A stretch of DNA of 64,000 bases from Bacteroidales bacterium (GTDB lineage: Bacteria; Bacteroidota; Bacteroidia; Bacteroidales; WCHB1-69). The first letter of the stretch is position 1. Every line of letters begins with the position of its first letter. A program made the translations under genes and the position numbers. The DNA lies in contig JAGCFD010000035.1 in the NCBI GenBank assembly GCA_017650305.1, forward strand, positions 16,683-80,682, written 5' to 3'. Below are positions 56,888 through 64,000 of the stretch, in pieces. The notes under the pieces were generated by a model. It did not search any database, had not been told where the DNA came from, and saw only the letters and a program-made list of their open reading frames with translations.

Positions 56888-57577
56888 CTACATGGAGAAA
56901 CGTACGGGAACTTTAAAGTAGCAACGTACCGGGCGACCATTGTTCTTGGCCGGTTTCCACTTGGGCATGGCCATGATACCACGAACAGCCTCTTTGTCAC
57001 AATCCGGGAAGAGTGGAGCTACAACCTTGGCGTTACTTACACGACCGTCTTTCTCAACAACGAACTCCACAAGTACAATACCTTGGATGTTGTTGTCACG
57101 GGCCATCTGCGGATATTGAATCTCATTTCTTAAGAATAAGTTCAATGCTTCCATACCGCCAGGGAATTCGGGTTGCTCAGCTGCGAAGTGGACGGGAGTC
57201 TCTTCCTCATCTTGAGTCTCAATAGATTCTACTTCCAGGTCGGGCAGATCTTCAATCGTCTCGTTCTCATCAAACTCAGAATCAAAGGTGAAGTCCATGT
57301 CAACATCTGTGGCATTGTCCACAAGGTTGATGATCACCTCGGTTTGCTGGGCCTGTGTGGGAGCGGGAGGGGGAGGAGTCTGGTCTGTTGCGATTACGTC
57401 TTCGTCGGATACTTCAATGAAGTCATCATCTGGCGCGACGAAACCGGGAGCCTTTGTTTCGCTTGCAAACAACTCAAAGCCGGCATATACCAGACATAGT
57501 ACAACGACTAACCCAATGAGAATGAAGAGAGTTCTCTTATTCTCCAGGTTTCCTTTGTCAGTCTTTTTTGCTATCAT
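56888..57577 (-). CDS. tonB: Energy transducer TonB
   Basis: N-terminal TM, TPPPPAP, PEFPGG, YPQMARDNNIQGIVLVEFVVEKDG, WKPAKNNGRPVR. Confidence 0.93.
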   Translation of the reverse strand: MIAKKTDKGNLENKRTLFILIGLVVVLCLVYAGFELFASETKAPGFVAPDDDFIEVSDEDVIATDQTPPPPAPTQAQQTEVIINLVDNATDVDMDFTFDSEFDENETIEDLPDLEVESIETQDEEETPVHFAAEQPEFPGGMEALNLFLRNEIQYPQMARDNNIQGIVLVEFVVEKDGRVSNAKVVAPLFPDCDKEAVRGIMAMPKWKPAKNNGRPVRCYFKVPVRFSM

Positions 57578-57669
57578 AGCAGGTGTATTTTTAGGTTATA
57601 CTTATTCTAATAACGACAGCGCAAAAATAATATTTTATTCTTGAAAAAAAAAGGGTGAAGAAAAATTTT

Positions 57670-58731
57670 TTACAGATAAATTGCACCGCCTATGTTGTCG
57701 CGTTCTGCCCCTGTTACACTTTTAAGGCAATTTATTTTGTTTGAGACTCTTAGCATCCCCAGGAATGCAAAAATCAATGCTTCTTTGTAGTTGACGATTT
57801 GAGCATCAGGTTTTACGAACTTGGCTGTGCTTAGTTCTCTGAATTTCTCTAAAAGGAAACAGTTGTGCGCTCCACCGCCTGTTGTCAAGACTGAAGACGC
57901 ATTTTGGGGAATAGCTCTTGAAATCATCATTGCGATGTGCTCTGTCGTGGTCCGGGCCAATTCAGCAGGTGAAAGGGTACTGTACTTTTGAAGGATGGGG
58001 AGAAATGTCTCGTCAAACCACTCCTTGCCAAGTGATTTTGGAGGTGTTTGCTGGTAATAAGCCAAGTTGTTCAATTCTTCAAGCAATGATGCGACTATTG
58101 TTCCGCTTCTTGCGAGCAGCCCGTCTTTGTCGTACTCCTTTCCAGCCTTTGAGGCAATGAGGTTTAATGCCATGTTGCAAGGTGAGATGTCAAAAGATAT
58201 GCGTCTGCCATCAGTCCAGAAAGAGATGTTGGAGAACCCGCCCAAATTGAGGCAGGCATCGTATTCGCTGAAAAGAAATTCGTCGCCAATGGGTACTAAT
58301 GGGGCTCCTTGTCCGCCTAAAGCGACATCTGTGGCGCGGAAATCGCAGATGGTCATAATACCGGTGCGGGCGGCGATAGCGGCCCCGGAGCCGATTTGAG
58401 TGGTGAGATGCAAATCAGGACGATGAAATACCGTATGCCCGTGAGAGGCAATGAACTGCGGTCTACTACGCCCCTGAAGCCATCCGTTAATGCAATTCCC
58501 AATGTATTCTCCCAATTGTACGTTTAACAATGCATATTCAAAAGCCGGCAATTGCATGGCCCCGCGCAGTCTCTGTTGCCACGTGTCTGGATAAGGGATG
58601 GTTACAGCATCCTGGATGGCATAAAGCCACTTGCCCTTTTTATCTTCTCTAAAAGTACACCACGCCAGATCAAGGCCGTCGAGCGATGTGCCCGACATCA
58701 CGCCAATGCCATTATATTCCATTGATTCCAT
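57670..58731 (-). CDS. anmK: Anhydro-N-acetylmuramic acid kinase
   Basis: GVMSGTSLDGLD, SHGHTVFH, DVALGGQGAPLVP, NLGGFSN, GGGAHN. Confidence 0.95.
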   Translation of the reverse strand: MESMEYNGIGVMSGTSLDGLDLAWCTFREDKKGKWLYAIQDAVTIPYPDTWQQRLRGAMQLPAFEYALLNVQLGEYIGNCINGWLQGRSRPQFIASHGHTVFHRPDLHLTTQIGSGAAIAARTGIMTICDFRATDVALGGQGAPLVPIGDEFLFSEYDACLNLGGFSNISFWTDGRRISFDISPCNMALNLIASKAGKEYDKDGLLARSGTIVASLLEELNNLAYYQQTPPKSLGKEWFDETFLPILQKYSTLSPAELARTTTEHIAMMISRAIPQNASSVLTTGGGAHNCFLLEKFRELSTAKFVKPDAQIVNYKEALIFAFLGMLRVSNKINCLKSVTGAERDNIGGAIYL

Positions 58732-58735
58732 AACG

Positions 58736-59980
58736 CTACAACAGGGATAACCGACCTAAATGCATTCCATTAGACCCTTTGACTAAAATAAGATGGTTCT
58801 CAATGTGTTGCCCTTGCAGCACCGCATTCAAATCTTCAATGGTCAGGAAAGAGTGCTCTGGATGATGCTCTGCAAAGTTTGCCCCCACGAAGAAAGCCTC
58901 AATGCCGAGCTCCTGACACAGATTGATGATGTGCAAGTGTTCCTGATGACTGATAGCTCCAAGCTCTAACATGTCCCCTAAAATAGCCAGCTTGTGAGGC
59001 GCTTTCAATAATGACAGATTCCGCAACGCAGCCTCCATACTGGTCGGATTAGCGTTGTAGTAGTCCGAAATAATAGTGTTTCCCTTGATTTCATCGATTT
59101 GCGAACGATGATTGGAGGGCTCGTAATGGCTGAGCGCGTGGGCAATCTGTTCTTCCGTGACCCCAAAAAAACGACCAATGGCAGCTGCACCCAGACAATT
59201 GTAAACATTGTAGCTTCCCGTAAGATGCGTCAAGACAGTGCAATGCTCCAAAGAAATCTCCAGATAAGGGGCTAATGATGCAATACGCTTTTCTCCCCCT
59301 TCAGCATAGTAGATTACATTCTCATAATCCAAGCCTTGTTGCAAAATCGTGTCATTGATATTTACAAAAAGAGTGCCGTGGTCTTCCATGACTGATCTGT
59401 ACAGCGCTTTTTTAGTATGGATAATCTCATCAACAGAGCCAAATCCCTCAATGTGCGCTTTCCCAATATTCGTGATAAGACCATGATTGGGCCGGGCAAT
59501 TCGACAAAGATCGGCAATCTCGCCAGGATGGTTGGCCCCCATCTCTACAATGGCAATCTCATGCTCTGGACGGATGGAAAGCAAAGTCAACGGAACACCG
59601 ATATGATTGTTGAAGTTTCCCTGCGTGCACGCTGTCTTGAACTTCTCAGACAACACCGCCGCCGTCAACTCTTTGGTCGTGGTTTTGCCATTGGTGCCGG
59701 TGATGCCAATGACGGGAATTCGCAACTGCTGCCGATGATGTGCTGCCAACTGCTGTAAGGTTTCCAAAACATCTTGTACGACAACCATCTGAGGATTCTC
59801 AATCAAGTCAGTGCGCTCCGTCACGACATAACTGGCTCCAGCTTGCAGCGCCTGCTCTGCAAATTGATTGCCGTCAAACCGCTCGCCTTTCAGACAAAAA
59901 AACATACATCCGGGAACAATATTCCGACTGTCAGTGCAAACGTCAGGGTGTTCCAGATATTTTTGATACAAATCTTTCAT
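58736..59980 (-). CDS. murF: UDP-MurNAc-tripeptide--D-Ala-D-Ala ligase
   Basis: ITGTNGKTTTKE, NFNNHIGVPLT, EMGANH, DYYNANPTSM, LGDMLELG. Confidence 0.95.
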   Translation of the reverse strand: MKDLYQKYLEHPDVCTDSRNIVPGCMFFCLKGERFDGNQFAEQALQAGASYVVTERTDLIENPQMVVVQDVLETLQQLAAHHRQQLRIPVIGITGTNGKTTTKELTAAVLSEKFKTACTQGNFNNHIGVPLTLLSIRPEHEIAIVEMGANHPGEIADLCRIARPNHGLITNIGKAHIEGFGSVDEIIHTKKALYRSVMEDHGTLFVNINDTILQQGLDYENVIYYAEGGEKRIASLAPYLEISLEHCTVLTHLTGSYNVYNCLGAAAIGRFFGVTEEQIAHALSHYEPSNHRSQIDEIKGNTIISDYYNANPTSMEAALRNLSLLKAPHKLAILGDMLELGAISHQEHLHIINLCQELGIEAFFVGANFAEHHPEHSFLTIEDLNAVLQGQHIENHLILVKGSNGMHLGRLSLL

Positions 59981-59999
59981 GAGTAAATAGGTTGAATGA

Positions 60000-62900
60000 T
60001 TAGAAATCTGTTCCGATAGAGAATAAAAACATGCCCTTTTTGTTTACAATGGAGAAGTCTTCCACTCCCCAAGCGTAATCAAAACGTAGGAAATAGCCAA
60101 TGAGTGAGAATCTCAAGCCCAAACCAAATCCTCCAACAAAGGGATCCACCTGCCGTTTGATCATGATGGATATAGGCCCATTGTTGATATAGCGAGTGTA
60201 AAGGCAGTTTTCTTCAGAATAGGGCGTGAGTCCAGTCCACGCGGTGCCGATGTCACCGAAAATGTTCAATTGCATGGAGTTGAATAGCTCCAAGCCAACC
60301 TGGTGACCTGCGATGAGTTGCACAAATGGAATACGAAGTTCGCCGGAGAACAAGACAAAAGAGGTGCCGTTCCGAATGTTCTGTCTGAAACCTCTCATGT
60401 TGGTGGCTAAAGTCTGATACACGTAGTTCTTGGATTGATCCACCCAAATGTCGCTGTTGAACTTCGCATTAACCCAATTGTCCACACCTCCCATAAAATA
60501 GACGAGTCTGGCAGAACCGATGTTGGTGGATGCTGCTGCGCGAAAAGCCAATGTCATATTTTTGTAAAGATGGAAGGAGTGCCGGGCATCGAAGCCGACC
60601 ACCAGAAGATTCTGTGTCTCCCGCTCTGCCCGCTGGTCATATTCTGCAAAGATCTTGATCTTACTGCCTTTCCAGAGGTTGGTGAACAATTGTTTGGAGG
60701 AGTCATAAACGTATTCCAACTTGGCACCAGCCCAAAGATGATGTGTGGTTGGCTCCCGTAAGGTGTTGTCACTCAGAGATCCCACAACATTGGTCTCGTA
60801 TCGACCCTTTAATGTCAGCCGGAGGCTATTGCTTTTGTCAAATGGGAATTTCAAAATGTAAAACAAACTGTTAGAAGTCTGTTTCAAGGCATAATCAGAG
60901 GCGTCGGCACCGATAGCTTGACGATATAACACAATCTGGCGGTCAAGCCGTTTCGACAAATTCTCAAAACTGAACATGAACTCGTTGTTCTGCAAGTTGA
61001 ATGAGAAACGTATGCCCGCAGTGATGCGATAATCTTCGAAAAGATCATGAATGCCTAACATGAAGAGCGCGTTGATGCCCGTGTTGAGATAGATGGGCTT
61101 CGTGCCTCCTTCAAATTGTTGGTATGAGGTGTTGAGAAAGGAAAAGTCCGCTTGGGTGATGACCTTGTTGATTGAATACTGTACGCGATACCCAGTGCCA
61201 ACAGGAATCTCCATGCGCTCTTTGTTCTCCGTCTTTGTGGAGTCCCTTTTCTGCCCGTTTTCGGATGTTGACACAGGATCCAAATCGGAAGAATATACAG
61301 GCAGAAAACCATGATGCTCTTCTTCCTTCTCTCGACTGGCGTTGTCAAGCTTTGACTGTTTTAGACTGTCAGATTCTTGCTCCGCTTGTATGATCTTCTG
61401 ATGGAACTTCGTGGGTGAGACCGTGGGTGTGTAAAGCGGATTCAATTTCCGCATGTACATTCGTTCAGCTTTGTTTTTTAATTGAATATCCGCTACCATT
61501 TCAGTGGCAGGGTTGTAGGTGTGGTCTAAAATGCTGTATGCACCATCCGTCAAGGAACTGCTTTTGGCAAAGTAGGCGTAATGAATGGCAGTGTCAATGC
61601 GACTGATGGTACTGTCAAATACGGCTGTGTAACGATTGACAATACCTTCTTTGTCACTGAGATAGAGAATCTGATTCCCACTCATGACGCAAGGGTCGTA
61701 CTCGTTGGCGTATTCTGTGGAGGTGGCGCGCATGACCTTTGAGTCCTTTTTAGCATAGTCATACAGAAAAAGATCATACCACTTCTGTGGTTTGGCATCC
61801 ATAAAGTCGTCTTTCAACAGTATGGAGTCCGTTGGACGATTGGACGAAAAGACAATCTGCTGCGGGTTGAGAAACACAGGCCCATAGTCATCGTAAAAAT
61901 CGTTGGTCAGATTCTGGAAGGAGTGGGAGAGGAAGCTGTAAAGGAAAAGATCCGACTGCCCATTCTGAAAGCCGGAAAACAACATCATCATACCATCGTT
62001 TGAAAATGTCCAGGATGTGATCTTCTCTACATCAACTAAAGAACGTTTTTCCCATTTTTTCTCGGATAGACTGTATGGATAATAGTAACAATGCCCTTTG
62101 GATTCTAATGTGAGACCAATGCCCTCTCCTGTGGGGAACCAATTGATAATAGGATAAGACAAGTCAGGATTGTCCTCGGTTTTTTGATACCGCTTGAAGA
62201 TGCATTTTGGACGCTTGCGGTCGCCAGTCTGCAACCATACTTTGACTTGGCCGGCCTCATTGGTGACGTAAGCATATCCGTCCCCGTTGGGCTGGAAACA
62301 TACATGCTGGTAGTGGCGACTGCTTCTGGGCCGCGGTATGATGCCATCGTCTGCAGGCTGAGTCTTTTCAAGATTTTGATGGTACATGACATAATAATAC
62401 TTGTACCAGTTGAGCAACAGAGTGCGATATGGGATGCCGGTGGAATAATAGAGGCTTCGCTCTACCATCTTGGTGGAACGGGTGTTGTGCAGAATGCGGG
62501 AAATAATCTTTTCCCCATAGGTGTCCACTACAAACTTCCAAAACGAATGCCCGGCATAGGTGGCATCCACGGGCGACAAGTATTCAATGTCGGCGTACCG
62601 CTGGGTTAGAATACCATCCATGACATGGGCGTCAATGTCCGCATTCCAACGCTCTCCAAAATATGAGGAGAGTCCACTGTAAAACCAAGAAGGTACGTTG
62701 ATGAGATAGTCGGAAGAGATGTTTGCTCCCATGGATGATCCTTCCGCAAGCCATCGCGCGTACACATTCATGATGCCGCTGCGTATCATCCTGTCCAGAT
62801 GGGCGTGGTTGCCGTCAAAATACAAATAGATCTTTGTGCCGGAAATGTTGGTCACGCCCCCTTGGTTGTAAAAATCCTCATCGTCGTACGCAAAGTTGGA

Positions 62901-63230
62901 TTCCCGGAAGTCAGCCTGCGTATTATATACGATTAACTGTAACTTCTTGTTTGAAGTGTAGTTGAGTAGCCGCTCAATTTCTTCTGTAATCTCCGGCACT
63001 TTGTAATAGACGTACTGTGCAAGCGCTCGCCCTGTGGGGTAATAATACACATCGTACTGATCTGACCGGAGGTACTGCCAATTGAAGTTTTGATGTTGAA
63101 CACGGTTCTTGCCAAAGCTGATTTGCGAACCATTGTAAAATTGTGCCTGCAAGAAGGTGGGCATAAAAAGCCCTATCATACATAGTTGTATGCTGATAAT
63201 CAATTTCTTATATGTTGATGCTGGTCTCAA
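60000..63230 (-). CDS. Omp85-family outer-membrane protein with N-terminal peptidase-MA-like and PD40/TolB-like propeller domains
   Basis: FGKNRVQ N-terminus; propeller repeats (NLTNDFYDDYGP, VFSSNRP); MRGF loop motif, FGDIGTAW, GFGLGLR, LRFDYAWG, C-terminal Phe. Confidence 0.75.
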   Translation of the reverse strand: MRPASTYKKLIISIQLCMIGLFMPTFLQAQFYNGSQISFGKNRVQHQNFNWQYLRSDQYDVYYYPTGRALAQYVYYKVPEITEEIERLLNYTSNKKLQLIVYNTQADFRESNFAYDDEDFYNQGGVTNISGTKIYLYFDGNHAHLDRMIRSGIMNVYARWLAEGSSMGANISSDYLINVPSWFYSGLSSYFGERWNADIDAHVMDGILTQRYADIEYLSPVDATYAGHSFWKFVVDTYGEKIISRILHNTRSTKMVERSLYYSTGIPYRTLLLNWYKYYYVMYHQNLEKTQPADDGIIPRPRSSRHYQHVCFQPNGDGYAYVTNEAGQVKVWLQTGDRKRPKCIFKRYQKTEDNPDLSYPIINWFPTGEGIGLTLESKGHCYYYPYSLSEKKWEKRSLVDVEKITSWTFSNDGMMMLFSGFQNGQSDLFLYSFLSHSFQNLTNDFYDDYGPVFLNPQQIVFSSNRPTDSILLKDDFMDAKPQKWYDLFLYDYAKKDSKVMRATSTEYANEYDPCVMSGNQILYLSDKEGIVNRYTAVFDSTISRIDTAIHYAYFAKSSSLTDGAYSILDHTYNPATEMVADIQLKNKAERMYMRKLNPLYTPTVSPTKFHQKIIQAEQESDSLKQSKLDNASREKEEEHHGFLPVYSSDLDPVSTSENGQKRDSTKTENKERMEIPVGTGYRVQYSINKVITQADFSFLNTSYQQFEGGTKPIYLNTGINALFMLGIHDLFEDYRITAGIRFSFNLQNNEFMFSFENLSKRLDRQIVLYRQAIGADASDYALKQTSNSLFYILKFPFDKSNSLRLTLKGRYETNVVGSLSDNTLREPTTHHLWAGAKLEYVYDSSKQLFTNLWKGSKIKIFAEYDQRAERETQNLLVVGFDARHSFHLYKNMTLAFRAAASTNIGSARLVYFMGGVDNWVNAKFNSDIWVDQSKNYVYQTLATNMRGFRQNIRNGTSFVLFSGELRIPFVQLIAGHQVGLELFNSMQLNIFGDIGTAWTGLTPYSEENCLYTRYINNGPISIMIKRQVDPFVGGFGLGLRFSLIGYFLRFDYAWGVEDFSIVNKKGMFLFSIGTDF

Positions 63231-63431
63231 CGCTTATTCTTTTCCAAAATCGCTGCAAATCTACATAAATTATGTAAGATTTGGGAATCACTATGGAAAA
63301 AATCCACTTTCCCCTTGATGCTTCCGCATGCTTGGGGCTGATAGACGTGACGATCAACGGTGGATATGGCGTTTTCAACAATTCGTTGATAACTATTCCT
63401 GTTGTCATGATTCAAAAAAAATGAAAAAATG

Positions 63432-63439
63432 TATTTTTG
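63432..63439 (+). promoter_or_regulatory. Bacteroidota -7 promoter element for purF
   Basis: TATTTTTG followed by CCG. Confidence 0.55.
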
Positions 63440-63482
63440 CCGGCTGTTCACTGAGTCATTAACCTATTTAGTTTATAGCACA

Positions 63483-64000
63483 ATGGGAGGTTTCTTTGGA
63501 GTAGTCTCAAAAGAGAGCTGTTCAACCGATTTGTTTTATGGCATAGACTATCATTCTCACCTTGGTACGAAACGAGGCGGTATGGTCACTATGCATAATA
63601 ATGTTTTTTATCGCTCTATCCACAACATAGAGAATTCTTATTTCCGTACAAAATTCGGAGATGCCATCGGAAAATTCAAAGGCAATATCGGCATTGGTGT
63701 GATCAGTGATACCGATGCGCAACCGATCGTGGTGAATTCCCATCTGGGTCGCTTTGCTATCGTGACGGTAGCCAAGATCAATAATCTGAATGAGCTTGAG
63801 AAAGAGTGCCTCGACAACCATCAGCAGTTTACAGAATTGAGTTCAGGCAAGACTAACCCCACAGAGTTGATAGCCTTGATGATATCCCAAGGTGCCGACT
63901 TTGTCTCTGGCATTCAGAATGTCTTCAAAAAGGTCAAAGGCTCTTGCTCAATGCTGATTATGACACAGGAGGGCATCATCGCAGCCCGCGATTATTTGGG
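63483..64000 (+). CDS. purF: Amidophosphoribosyltransferase (Bacteroidales MGGFFG type), runs off right edge; not in ORF track
   Basis: Manual translation MGGFFGVVSKESCSTDLFYGIDYHSHLGTKRGG...SIHNIENSYFRTKF...GIGVISDTDAQP...KGSCSMLIMT.EGIIAARD. Confidence 0.8.
   Translation, partial: MGGFFGVVSKESCSTDLFYGIDYHSHLGTKRGGMVTMHNNVFYRSIHNIENSYFRTKFGDAIGKFKGNIGIGVISDTDAQPIVVNSHLGRFAIVTVAKINNLNELEKECLDNHQQFTELSSGKTNPTELIALMISQGADFVSGIQNVFKKVKGSCSMLIMTQEGIIAARDYL

Noticed and set aside
1-64000. CRISPR arrays, tRNA/rRNA/tmRNA, IS elements, prophage, defence systems
   Set aside because: Intergenic gaps are short, and I saw no repeat-spacer arrays, cloverleaf motifs, transposase, integrase or nuclease genes by eye; a covariance-model scan was not possible

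Overview
A gene-dense chromosomal segment from a Bacteroidota bacterium, most likely Bacteroidales. The assignment rests on TAnnTTTG -7 promoter motifs, T9SS/PorV/TonB-type genes and the Bacteroidales-type PurF. I found about 56 CDS and no rRNA, tRNA, CRISPR, integrase or transposase. Most genes are housekeeping or envelope genes (hutH, nadC, greA, dxs, ddl, tsaB, dnaG, hydF, rimO, rpsP, rimM, rpmF, rdgB, smpB, ispD, tonB, anmK, murF, purF). Four loci stand out. (1) At the left edge, an ECF sigma factor is fused to an anti-sigma-like segment, a TM helix and a disordered tether. It is separated by one in-frame UGA from an outer-membrane beta-barrel gene, and both proteins carry matching (H)DT(V/I)Y repeats, resembling a re-partitioned dual-membrane-spanning anti-sigma (Dma-type) system. 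(2) A strongly codon-biased operon encodes a TonB-dependent-like receptor, a 1570-aa protein with an atypical T9SS-type C-terminal domain, and a PorV-like barrel. (3) A peptidoglycan cluster holds an intact GH73-LysM next to a catalytically degenerate paralog and an orphan peptide-binding protein. (4) An AT-richer FAD-oxidoreductase/GT2/aldo-keto reductase/GT2/GtrA cassette lies upstream of a GT-C+TPR transferase. All product calls come from motif recognition by eye; no database searches were run.
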